A stretch of DNA of 61,778 nucleotides. Origin: Octopus bimaculoides. Its lineage: Eukaryota. Position 1 is the stretch's first letter; every line of letters starts with the position of its first letter. The notes beneath the pieces were generated by a model. That model was given only the letters and a program-made list of their open reading frames with translations. It did no database searches and was not told where the DNA came from. The stretch covers positions 51,540,121 to 51,601,898 of the forward strand of contig NC_068981.1 in the NCBI RefSeq assembly GCF_001194135.2, written 5' to 3'. The translations under genes were made by a program, and so were the position numbers. This document shows positions 25,745 through 37,814 of this stretch, in pieces.

Positions 25745-27075
25745 TGTATGTATGTATGTATGTATAAACTTTTATTACTAGATTTACTGTCGGAAATTTT
25801 GGGCAATGGTAAAGAAATGGAACTGAAACTCAATGACTGAAGTCATTGATGGATGCTGCATTGCTGCATCGTCGCAATCTTTCTGTCTATCTTACTTACA
25901 ATGAACGCTAATGAACGTATCCATTAAGCCACTCATAAAAACATTATTTTCAAGTTTTCAAAGGACGATTGAAAACTACTGTATTCGCAAATATTGATTT
26001 CTTACATAGAGAAAAATTCGTAAATATGGGGGAACGGAAGAATTAGATTCATGGGCCCTTCTGTAGTCGAAGGGTAAAGATGACCACGTCGACATTTGAA
26101 ATCAGAATAGAAGTTCCAAAACGTATAGTACAAATTATTTTGTTTGATTCTCCAATGATTCTTTTAACCACGTTGCTTGAAATAACTTCTGATATAGAAG
26201 GCGTAGCATTTTATTGTACCGACCACGGTAAGATTAAAGCTAAGCTAAGCTTCTCCTGTAGGATTTGTACTCACAACTTAAACGGACGGAACAAATGTCA
26301 CACTGCTGTCCAGTCTACCGCAACTGGACAGAATAATTTTTAGAAACAATATGTTTTCATTTACAAAGATGATATTTTGGAAATTGATAACTGTATTAAA
26401 CTTGCGAGCTGTTTCACATATTATTACAATATTGACTGACTTTGAAACAAATAAAACTGCCAAGTGACTCAAACACATGCCCTAGACTTTCAGATTTGTG
26501 CAGATAAAACACTCTTATCTTTTGTATTTTAATCCATGATGAATAAGAATAGATGTCGAATTCATTGATATTATGGCCATTGAATGTGTGTACAGAGAAA
26601 TGCATGTGTATGTGTGCGTGTTTGTTGTATACATATATACAACAACGCTACTTATATGCTATACATATATACCACGATTCATATATATTAATATGCAGAC
26701 GTATGTGTCCATATATGTATGCCTGTGACTTATATATTTCTGTGGGTATATTCGTTTATTCTTTTATCTATCTCTGTCATTCTACTGTAAACATGCAAAG
26801 GAACGACACTGAAGGTTTTAGTCGAACAAATCGACCCTAGTATTTATAATTTCAAGTCTGGTATGCTTTCAGTTTGTCTCTTCTGCTTAACCTGTAGATT
26901 ACAACTAGCTGTAAAAACAACACCGCTTATCAAGTGATGATAGTGGTGGCGGAGGAAACATAAAGGCATGCATATACACGCACACACATAATATATAATA
27001 CACACGTGCACACACACACACATACATATATACTATACATATATACATATATACATATGTGTATATATATGCAGA

Positions 27076-27121
<46 letters not shown>

Positions 27122-27711
27122 GAGAGAGAGAGACCGACAGACAGGCAGGCAGACAGAGGGGAGAGTGAGGTGCAGGTGTGGCTGTGTAGTANNNNNNNNN
27201 NNNNNNNNNNNNNNNNNNNNNNNNNNNNNNNNNNNNNNNNNNNNNNNNNNNNNNNNNNNNNNNNNNNNNNNNNNNNNNNNNNNNNNNNNNNNNNNNNNNN
27301 NNNNNNNNNNNNNNNNNNNNNNNNNNNNNNNNNNNNNNNNNNNNNNNNNNNNNNNNNNNNNNNNNNNNNNNNNNNNNNNNNNNNNNNNNNNNNNNNNNNN
27401 NNNNNNNNNNNNNNNNNNNNNNNNNNNNNNNNNNNNNNNNNNNNNNNNNNNNNNNNNNNNNNNNNNNNNNNNNNNNNNNNNNNNNNNNNNNNNNNNNNNN
27501 NNNNNNNNNNNNNNNNNNNNNNNNNNNNNNNNNNNNNNNNNNNNNNNNNNNNNNNNNNNNNNNNNNNNNNNNNNNNNNNNNNNNNNNNNNNNNNNNNNNN
27601 NNNNNNNNNNNNNNNNNNNNNNNNNNNNNNNNNNNNNNNNNNNNNNNNNNNNNNNNNNNNNNNNNNNNNNNNNNNNNNNNNNNNNNNNNNNNNNNNNNNN
27701 NATATATATAT

Positions 27712-27910
27712 TCGCCATGATAGATCGCTAGCCACTATACCTTTTTCTATTTTCTCTCCCTGTTTATTTCTGTGTTCCTTTCTGTCGAAGAGCCTAGGCT
27801 CGAAACTTAAAAGACTTTCCCGCTTTCCGAGCGTTATTCTAATACATTTGTTTGTTGTTTATATACCTGTCTTCGTCTTTTGTTTTTTGTAAATTCTCAC
27901 CATATATATA
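27712..27910 (+). mobile_element. Retroelement 3' terminal module (second copy)
   Basis: Colinear similarity to 7080-7290. Confidence 0.75.
27777..27815 (+). ncRNA. Candidate minimal hammerhead-like ribozyme with variant core
   Basis: CCTTT-CTGTCGA-A-GAGC-CTAG-GCTC-GAAAC-TTA-AAAG. Stem II is 4 bp and stem I CTTT/AAAG. Core deviates from CUGANGA at position 6. Confidence 0.35.
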
Positions 27911-28331
27911 CGATAGTCGTCCTCGCATTTTCTGTCAACCAAATTCACTCACAAGACCTTGGTCAGACCGGGTCTGTAGTAGAAGAGAATCGACCAAGTT
28001 GTCGCGCAGAGGAACCGAACCTAAAAATACCTGGTAGCGAGGGGAATTTCTTAACCACACGGCCATAACTGCGCTTATGTATCAGTATATGATGTATCTT
28101 AGTTTTAGCGTTTCTATGTTTGTATATTTTCTCTCCCGAATGAGTATCTATTCATGTATGCGATTATAGTTTCTGTATATCTATTTGCTTTGATATTTAT
28201 TACTTTAACTCAATGTGAAATGCAGTTACCTCTAAATTTTAGAATCGCACAGATGACAAATGCAATACTCCACGAAGAAAACTACTACTAACAAAACAAA
28301 GATGTTACCTTGATGTGGCTATTTAATGTTT

Positions 28332-28420
28332 TAGAAATAGCGGCTAAATTTCCCTCAGATCCCATCCTACCGACTTAAGTTGATAAAACGGTATTGAGAA
28401 TTATAATGCATGACATACAT
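28332..28420 (+). repeat. Old dispersed repeat (related copy at about 44649-44790; probable minus copy at about 29940-30062)
   Basis: TAGAAATAGCGGCTAAATTTCCCTCAGATC versus TAGAAATAGCAGCTAAATCTTCCTTAAATC. Confidence 0.5.
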
Positions 28421-28807
28421 ACAAACAGGTTTATCTGTTTATATACTATATGTCTGGTCAGTCAGAGCTGACAGGGAGCTAAACAACGGCAATCATGGTC
28501 CATTTTCTTTTGGAAATTATTAAGCATTGCCCGATGTAATAACTATGATTGGCCTTCAGTCATATCGCAGAATTCAATTTGTTTCAAGGATTTGAAATAT
28601 CTCGATATTGCACTGCTTCTTAAAACATCTTTGAGACGTGCCATTATAGATTACAAAGTAGAGATGAAAGTGTATACTCTTTGTAATATGGTGCTTCTGC
28701 TCAGTCCACTTTCAGTCCCTGAATCGATTTACGCTAGTTCAAAGAACCAATATAGTGATTAGTAGCAACTCGTACATCGAAGCTTCTTTTTACTGCCTTC
28801 TTCATAC

Positions 28808-28956
28808 CATTCTCAGTGACCCCGTGACGGTCATTAGGGAGGTTCCTTCTGAATGTGACATTACAAAATTGTTATCTGATGTTATTTTCATAAAATTAAC
28901 TGTAAAATTAACTGCAAGTGTACTCTGTTCGTTATGTGTTACCGTAAGTACTGTAG
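28808..28956 (-). CDS. Candidate internal coding exon of an unknown protein (149 nt, phase 1 to phase 0)
   Basis: Acceptor ctatttttatttcag, donor AATG|gtatga. One open frame: TVLTVTHNEQSTLAVNFTVNFMKITSDNNFVMSHSEGTSLMTVTGSLRM. No family recognised. Confidence 0.25.
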
Positions 28957-31309
28957 CTGAAATAAAAATAGCGAAATAACCATTATTTCTATAATAGTCC
29001 CTCTGCGTAAGTGACAGGTTCTACTTGAACAGAATACTTAATTGCTGGCTAGGCGGACTGTATCAACGACAATTGAAGATCTATGCAATGAATATATTGA
29101 TTGCATCATCGTGGTGTTAAAACAACCAGTACATTAGTTGATAGTTATATATGACTCATATACCAAGGGAAAAGCTAAACTAACCTCAGATTAACAATGA
29201 TTTGTTGAAACATAACAATCTTGAGAAAAACTTTCATTCTCAGTCATTTTTTCAAAAGAGCTATAGAGCAAATGCTAAGTTTCATAATAACTAACACATT
29301 TTTCTACTGTAACATAAATTGCTTATATACTTAATTTAAAAAGAAAAAATTAAACCTCACTTAAATAATGTAATGGACTGGCAAATACATTAGTGCATCA
29401 GGAAAACATGTACAAGTCAACTCGCGTAGATCCGTTTGAAATAGTTGACGTCATCGCTGCAGTATAAAGAAGCATATTATTTAAGAGAATCGTTACCAAG
29501 ATCGACTTTATCTTTTATCGTTCAAAGTATGATAAACTAAATACCAGTTACCTACTGCGATCGTTATACACGATTGTTCCCTCCCTTCTTCCAAATATGT
29601 TGTCTTGTACACAATAAATAATCTATATATTTGTAGAAAACTCTAAAATCCTAAATAGAAAATAACATGGAACGTGTGCTGTAAACTTTTGAAGATTTAT
29701 TAATCTATAATTTCAGTAACATTATTAGATATTTCATATTTTACATGTATTTCATCTATCGAACAGGAGATCAAGTTTATTGGTAATATACTTTCCATAC
29801 CAAACATATCCTATCTACGCTGGCGTCTGTACACAATTTTCAGTTTTTACTTTTTTTCTTTTCTTGTTTTCTTTTTTTATTGTTTGTTATGAAAATCCAT
29901 ATTGAATTACGTTGATTGAATATTTGTTGTTCAGCCTCGGATCAACGTTGATTCAGCAAACCAGTGAAAATACATTCTAACCACAACTATCCAATGATAT
30001 TAGAGAAATGTAAGGCTACATTAGCTAGCATGTGTGTTTTTCTTATTAAAGATGGTAGGGTGTGATTTGGCGGTGGGGAATATGCCTTTTGTTTTTCGCA
30101 GGTCAAGGGAACGTTCATAGAATACATTCGAAATTCTCGCTGTGCAGATATATTATGAATGTGGTATCCATTTCATTTTCGTTGGGTATAATAATAAGTC
30201 GGGTGTTCCGACTAATCTCTGCGTCTTGTTATGATCGAGGCAATCAGTTCTAAATGAGGAACAAAGTTACTAGAACAAAACGATTAAATTACACATTAAT
30301 GAAACACGAACTGAGCAGAAATTGGGGCTCATTTCCACTATCAATTTAGTCTTGGTAACCATTCTCCTCATATGTAAATATATAAATTAGTTTGCTCAAA
30401 TTTTATAGCATAAATATCAGTGTCATACCGTACAAAGAGACTAAATGTATACAATATATAACGTACAGACTTTTGGAAACGTTTTCTGTTATTTGATTTG
30501 CATGTGTAGTATATTGGCTGTGAAACTGCTATAAGAATAACAAAAATACCAAGGATATCACACATGCATGAATCACTCACACTCACACGTATACGCTTAT
30601 AATTCAACACATATGCTTCAACCCAGCGAAGGAGTCTGCGCATGACCTCAATGCTCGAACTACTAGAAACATCAGTCATGCCAGTTTCTAACTATTCTCT
30701 AGTTTGTTTGATGAAAAAATGTACTCGGAGATACAGTATTCCTAAAAACGCCATGAGGAAAAACGGTCTAGTCGTTCAGAACAGCAACAGAAACAGCAAT
30801 AACTGCAAAAGCAACACATACGTACACACACCGACCCCCCCCCCAACACAGACACACATACACACAGGCATACAAACACACAAACACACACACACTCACT
30901 CACTCACTTACAAATTGCTCTGGTTGAAACAAAGGTAAAACACGTTGTAATGTGAATGTAATAAAAATAACGCTTCTTGTAACTGTTTCAGCTCAAACCA
31001 AAGCTGAAATGCTTGTTAAGAACGGTGTAACATTCTAAGAACTAGATGATATATGTATGCTTGAGCAACCTTTGTAGTTAGATTGTAATAAATCTTTCAG
31101 TAATGACGATAACTATTTGGAGATTTGCAAGCGAAGTTAAACAAAAATATAATGAAGGGAAATGACAAAAATAGTAACAATAAAATAAAAACAAAAATGT
31201 CACTATGAAACACAGACCAGTAGCAGTAATGATACAACTACTATTGCTACACTTATTACAATTGAAACTACAATCTGCTACAACTACTATACTACTGAAA
31301 TTTGAGTGA

Positions 31310-33007
31310 GTGGAATAGTCTATGACATTGATCCCAGTACTTGACAAGTACTCATTTATCGTACCGGGTGGTTGAAATCAAAACTGATCTCGACTATATT
31401 TGAATTTAGAACATAAGGTAGATAAGAAATACCACTAATTACCTCGTCCCATGTTCTGTTTTGCCAATCTATCATGCAACAGCAATTATAAAATTATATT
31501 GGTTTCAAATTTTGGCATAAGGCCAACAGTTTGGAGGAATGGGTTATGTCGATTACAGCGACCGCAGTGTTTAACTGGTACTTATTTTATCGACTTCGTA
31601 AAGATGAAAGGCAAAGTAGGCCTCGGCGGAATTTAAACTTAGAACGTTAGGGCGGATGAAATGCCGCTAAGCATTTCGCCCGACGTACGACTCTGTCACG
31701 TTGCCACTTTGATTGCTGTCATAATAATAGTTTCAGGTTTTGGCACAAGTGAATAATTTCGGAGGAAGGGTAAGTCGATTACATTGACCTGAGTGCTCAA
31801 CTGGTTCTTATACTATCGAGTCCGAAAGGTTGAAAGGCAAGGTCGACCTCGGCGGAATTTGAATTGAAAATGTAAAGATGGACGAAATGCTGCTGAGAAT
31901 TTAGCCGCTGTGCTAACAAGTATGTCTTTGAATTATAAAATTATATTAATAATAGTCATGATGATGCTAATAGTAATTATTTCTAATTTTGGCCAGCCAT
32001 CTTGAGGGGAGGTGATAGTCTATTAAGTTGACTCTAGTACTTCATTGGTATTTTATTTGATCAACCCCGGTAGGATGAAAGATAACGTTGGTTTCGGTGG
32101 GCATGTATACTCAATAAATAACCGGAAGGTATGACGCTAAGCATTTTGTCCGATGTGCCAACAACTCTGGTAGCTTACCAACAATAATAATTATTATTAT
32201 TATTCCTAATTTTTGACACAAGGCCAGCAATTCTGAGGTTTGGGTTAGTCGATTACATCGACACCAGTGCTTGAGTAGTAATTAATTCTTCGACCTAAAA
32301 AAGATGAAATTAAAGTCGAACTCGGAGACATTTCAACTCATATCGTATAATCACTTCGCCCTCTATCCATGATAATAATCCTTTTTGCAATAGACACAGG
32401 GCCTGGCCCCAGTGCTCAACTGATATTTATTTATCGAACCCAAAAGGATGAATAGCAAAGTCGACCCTGGCGGAATTAGATCTTAGGGCGTAAAGCCGGA
32501 TAAATACTGCTAAACATTTTATTAGAACGTATTAACGGTCCTTCCAGCTCGACGCCTCATCAATCATAATAAAAAGAACAGTTTCAAATTTCAGGCACAA
32601 GGCCTGAAATTAGGTGGGAGGGGTAAATCGATTACATAGACGCCAGTGTTCAACTGGTACATATTTATCGACCTGAAACGATGAATGGCAAAGTTGATCT
32701 CGGCGGAATTTGGACTCGTAAAGTAAAGATGGACGTAATGCTGTTAATCAAGTTGCCCGGCACGATAACGATTCTGCCAGATCATCGTCTCACCTATAAT
32801 AATCCTTTCTACTATAGGCACAAGGCCTGAAACTTGTTGGGAGGGGTAAGTCGACCCCAGTACTTGACTGGTACTTAATTTAAGGATCTCGAAAGGATGA
32901 AATACGAAGACGACCTTGACGGAATTTGAACTTAGGAAAGAGCGATATGCGAAACACCGCTAAGCATTTTGTCCAGCGTGCTAACGATTCTGCCAACTAG
33001 ACGCCTT
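31310..33007 (-). mobile_element. Head-to-tail cluster of about 8 main-family SINE copies separated by TAA-rich spacers
   Basis: Cores at about 31310-31475, 31498-31712, 31731-31925, 31981-32175, 32205-32365, 32381-32540, 32581-32792 and 32800-33007, all in the same orientation. Confidence 0.9.
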
Positions 33008-33169
33008 AATAATATTCTTAATAATAATAATTGTTTCTTTATTGATCAGAAGACCGAACACAAAATAAATAGGAACGATGCAATACAAGGGGCAAGTGGG
33101 ATGTTGAACAATGACGTGTATACAATAAGTAACAAAACAATTAGCAAAACGATTAAACAATAATAATAA

Positions 33170-34580
33170 TTCCCCAAAAGTGGAAAGTTGTTCACAGGGA
33201 CAACCTAGAAACCCCACGCATTCTCGTTATCCCGATGCACCTCATCAGGCGCGTCTCTCCTTCTCAACCCCTCCGGTTTACAAACGAAAGTTCAGAGTAG
33301 ACACATTCACACGGGCCATCCTAGCACTCACCTTTCAACAAATTTACCGGGTTGGGGGCATAACTTCCCTCTCTACCCTCACTTTCGTTTTCAAGTGTAA
33401 CTTGAAGAAGTCGATGAGGGCTTGGCCGAAGGGGAAAGTATCTGTCTTCAGTACTTTCAATCTCGTTCACCACACTACTTCCTTCGACATAGCCACCATA
33501 CAGAGGAAAACTGCCTTTCTTTCCCAGCCAAAGTAAGTCGGCGGGGCGATTTTCACGATGGACTCGGTTGATAAATAGATGCATGCTACACGCGACAACA
33601 GCTGTTCCACAAAGTTCGACAAGTCCGTAATGCACGGACACTGGATGAGTGTATGCAGGACGGTTTCGTTGCCCTGCACACACCTCGAACAGCTCCGTAT
33701 GACAGCACTTGTACGTCTGTATAGCTTCTCCACCACACGTTTACCTCTGGTGGTATCCCAACGATTTTTATGTGCCCCACCTTCCTTCCTGAATAGGATG
33801 GATGGAGCACATATTTTTCACTTCAGCAGGGAACCACGGAATGTTTGGCAGCCAGAGCTTCAGATTTATAGAGCATTGAAATGCCCGCAAACTGTTTTCC
33901 CGTCGATATATGAAGAATGTCAGGTATTATTTCTTTTAGTGCACTTTCCACGTCAGCCTGGCTCGCCATCTCTGGCCGCTTCGTATTTACGGAGACGCAT
34001 CTGTACAACACAGTTTACATTTTTATTTCTACCAACACTTCGTGTGGGGTGGCAATACTGGCTTGCGACTTTTCCAGTCTTATTAATTTTGCTCTCTTCA
34101 GATAGACACATATCTTTCTGAAACAGATCCATGCAAAATTATTCTTTGCTTCTTATTGCTGTTGCAGCGAATGTAGTCTGGTTCATATTGTTATTTATTA
34201 CGACGTTATTCGTTGTAGCGGTGGTGGAGTTGATTATGGTCGAAAAATTGTCACTAAGTGCTGTCTTTTGTTTATTCGCTGCAGTGGTGCTGATGGCAGA
34301 ATCGTCTATGGTCTTGATACTTCTGCTATGAGCTATCTTTTGAGTTAGAGTATTCCACTGAATTGGAGGGAATTCAGCTTCGTAGTTTGTGATGTCGCTA
34401 AAGTTGTTAGCATTATTATTTTTGAGTGTCTGCAATTTCGTGTGAAAGAATTTGAACCTGCAATGTGCTCGACTCCGGTCTATTTGTGGGTGGTAGGGGA
34501 GGGGAGTACAGCGTCTTACACCTCTCTATCTGAAACACCTCCGCTTCTATGAACTTCAACAAGGCTGGTTTCACCATGTT
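33170..34580 (-). mobile_element. Internally deleted L1/Tx1-like retrotransposon (5' UTR plus ORF1 start fused to ORF2 C-terminus)
   Basis: ORF1-like SQADVESALKEIIPDILHISTGKQFAGI...GHIKIVGIPPEV joined at about 33735 to KLYRRTSAVIRSCSRCVQGNETVLHTLIQCP (Cx2Cx7Hx4C-like zinc knuckle) and MVAMSKEVVW. Confidence 0.75.
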
Positions 34581-34813
34581 TTATTTTATTTTAAAATTAA
34601 TTTTTGAAACAATTATTTTGAGATTACAGGGCCCAAAGGAGGCACTAACAACACAAAGTGACTCACCTATGGTGGTTCTTTAAAAAAACGCTTAGCAACA
34701 AAATGAACAATTAACAATTTTTGGAAACAAAATTTTGGAGCTAGAACTTACGTGTGGACAAACACGTGCATCCCGTCACGACGAATAATAATAATAACAA
34801 CGACAACAACAAC

Positions 34814-34854
<41 letters not shown>

Positions 34855-34856
<2 letters not shown>

Positions 34857-35342
34857 GTCTTAATTGAGAAAGAAAACAAATCCGGACATAGTTTTAATTG
34901 GGAACGAAAATAAAGCCGGACATAGTCTTCATTGAGAAAGAAAATAAAGCCGGACATAGTCTTAATTGATGGAGGAAAGAAACTATGCTGGATCATAGAT
35001 ATTGCATGCCCAGCTGACAACAAGGTATACGATAAGGAAGAAAGAAAAGTCGAAAGATGTGACAGGTTAGCTTGGGAAGATAAGCAGTTATGGTCGATGA
35101 AGAAGGTAGCAGTAGTACCAATAATTGTCGGAGCCCTAGGAACATTGAACAAAAATCTCGAGAAGTACGTGGAAGAAATAGGGGCTGCAATAAGGGTGAA
35201 GTACCTGCAGAAAACAGCACTGCTTCGAACCGCTCGAATACTCTGAATGGTGCTCGAGAAATAAGAGGTGTTACCTTAGTTCAATGGTAGTGAACAGCTG
35301 ACGCTGTAGTACATCTCCAGAGTTAGAAGCTGTGCAAAGGCA
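34855..35342 (+). mobile_element. 5'-truncated R4/Dong-like element 3' end inserted in (TAA)n
   Basis: KPDIVLIDGGKKLCWIIDIACPADNKVYDKEERKVERCDRL...VVPIIVGALGTLNKNLEKY...LQKTALLRTARIL. (AAT)n on both sides. Confidence 0.9.
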
Positions 35343-35377
35343 ATAATAATAATAATTATTATTATTATTATTATTAT

Positions 35378-35725
35378 AATGGTTTCAAATTCTACCACAA
35401 GGGCAGCAATTTTGAGGGAGGGGATGAGTAGATTAAATCGACCCCAGTGTTCAATTGGTGCTTATTCTATTGACGCCCGAAAGGATGAAAGGCAAAGTCA
35501 ACCTCGGCGGAATTTGAACTCAGAACGTAAAGAGGGAACAAATGCCGCTAAGTATTTAGTCCGCCGCGCTAAAATTTCTGCCAGGCTCGCCACCTTAATA
35601 ATGAGAATAATAATAACATAAGAGTAATAATAATAATAATAATAATAATAATCCTTTCTGTTGTAGGCACCAAGGCCTGAAATTTTGGGGGAAAGGGGAC
35701 CAGTCGATTAGATCGCTTCCAGTAC
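35378..35725 (-). mobile_element. Two main-family SINE copies (35378-35598 near complete; 35655-35725 tail only)
   Basis: Core and head motifs as above, with (TAA)n spacer. Confidence 0.88.
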
Positions 35726-36686
35726 GCTCTCATAGAATCTACCAGAACAAGCAAGACCAAGCGTTCTGAGAAGTAAACTAATAACAGTAGTAGTATTAGT
35801 AGTATTAGTAGTGGTAGCGGCGGCACTAGCAATAGTAGTAGTTCTCGAAGAAAATAAATTGTGATGATGACCACGACTACGGTGGTGGTGACGACGACGA
35901 TGAGGAGAAGGAGTCCGTAAATAGTTATCCGTTCAAATGAGCTGAAGATAAAGGTAGCACCCTCGAAATGATGAGAATTTATGTGTTCATTCCTGACAGT
36001 ATATTCATATTTAGTGTAGTCGGGTGAATAGAAGAGATACTAAAACAAGAGAATGATGTGTAGTACAGCATAACAAGCAAGCTATTCAGGCTCGAAATTA
36101 TGGAGAGGAACAAATGTTGTTTCTGTTGTGATACTATCGTTCATTTGCTTTTAATATTTTTGCTCTTTTTATTTGTGATCATCAGTTTTCTTTTGCTTAT
36201 TTTTAACCATGCTATCTGATTTATTATTCGGGCTGCAGTTTATAATGTATGATGAATATGTTGTTTTCCTTGCTATTATTGTTTGTAAAAAATATTTTTC
36301 TTATTATTATTATGTTGTTGTTATTGTTGTAGGTTTAACACCCAGTTATCTAAATGTTCAGGTATACTTATAGTCAGTCGTTCCAGCCATAACCACACCG
36401 ATTTGAGTCAAGTATGATGTGTATCGAAATGCATTTTCCAGTATATTTTTACTTTTGTTAAGTCGTTACTTAATTTCGAGGGAAATTTTCGTGCTAATTT
36501 TAGCCAGTTAACAGATCAAGGGCCTAGTGTTGTTGCTGTTGTTGTTGTTAGTATGCTTAGTTCGGATACCGATTTGAAATTTACCAGTTTCTGAAATTAA
36601 ATATCGCTGTAGTTATTTTTAATGTGAATCATCTAATATAAATTTTTAATACTCCATGCATATTCAGTATGTTGAAACTAACTGAC

Positions 36687-36867
36687 CTGTTTTCTGTATT
36701 GTTGGTGTCTTTGAATTATTCAATTTGTAAACACTTCTATTTTCATATGCCAAACAACACAGTATCTTGTACAAATGATAATTCATTCATCACTATTTTG
36801 GTACTTTGAAGGATATGTCAGAATAAGATATCACAATAATATCAAAACATGTCTAAAATTATCTCGT
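36687..36867 (-). other. Candidate exon (181 nt, no continuous ORF)
   Basis: Acceptor ttttctcttttcacag, donor AAACAG|gtcagt. Confidence 0.4.
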
Positions 36868-37814
36868 CTGTGAAAAGAGAAAATATTTTTAATTGACTAG
36901 TACAGTTTTTTTTTTTATAAAGCTGTCCATGTATCAAAAGTATTAGCAGTAACTTAACTTATTGTTCTATTTTTTTTTCTTTCATGTAGACATCTTTAAT
37001 TTCTAAACGACTTTACTTTATATAAGTTTGAGAACGATATTTCAAAAATACAAAATTCTTAAGCAAACTGGTTTCTGTTTGTCTGTCTAGCTTACAAGAC
37101 TCTCGCTTGTAAATATAAAATAGAGAAATAAATTATTTTGATTGTTGTTATAGCTGAAAATGACAATAGCACCGTTCGTAAAGGAATGTCTTGGTGATAA
37201 TCGCACGAGCTACAGCGTGCATGAGATGGGGACAAAGACTGCATGACAGATGTGCCTTTATCTCGATTTCGATTTCTAGTTGTAAATAGTTCCTCTATCC
37301 TTCTTGCATTGGCTCTTCAAATACATGTTTTTCTTATAAATGCGAGACGACAGGGAAAGAAAACTTTAATAGTTCAAACCCCATTACAAATAAGTATAAC
37401 CTCGAAATTTGTGATTTAGTTTTTGAAATTGTCACTTTCTTTCTTTCTTTCTTTTTTTTCATTCGTTTGTCAGGATAGAACAATAGGCTTCAATGTCATT
37501 TACAGAACTGGTAAAACTGATGTAATTAATGACAAGCAATCATTTCAAATAGATGCAAAATGTTCTTTTTTCAGCATCACATCATAGGTAAGGTCATGAC
37601 AAAATGTCAAACAGAAACCAGAATAGTAGATATTCAGCGCAAGAGAGACCTAGTGGCGTATAAGCGCATGCTCGTTATAACATCCAAACGTTTATATTGG
37701 TACTCTGATCTGACTATATTGCTATTTGATTTCAAATACAGACTACGATCGATATTACACTTACATTATCTCAATCAGGTAATGTGTATATGATATCAGT
37801 TTAAATGTTTTAAA

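Larger units (their letters stand above)
26900..28075 (-). mobile_element. Third-family SINE interrupted in its internal microsatellite by a gap and a retroelement terminal module
   Basis: Head at 27920-28075 and tail fragment at 26900-26960 flank microsatellite, gap and the 27712-27910 module. Confidence 0.6.

Noticed and set aside
26006-26343. Exon-like segment with an Ig-like phrase (GESNKIICTI) on the minus strand and an 87-aa plus ORF
   Set aside because: All three minus frames between the candidate splice sites contain stops, and the plus ORF matches nothing I recognise.
30597-30679. Minus ORF start MTDVSSSSSIEVMRRLLRWVEAYVLNYKRIR ending at a GTGAGT donor-like site
   Set aside because: The acceptor is weak, the phase does not join the next candidate exon, and GTGAGT is part of a GT-rich repeat.
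34855-34960. Regularly spaced 34-bp repeats superficially like a CRISPR array
   Set aside because: The units are contiguous with no unique spacers, derive from the adjacent endonuclease coding sequence, and lie in a eukaryotic context with no cas genes.
35965-36000. ATGATGA...CTGA box C/D-like pair
   Set aside because: The boxes are under 30 nt apart with no terminal stem, too short for a snoRNA.
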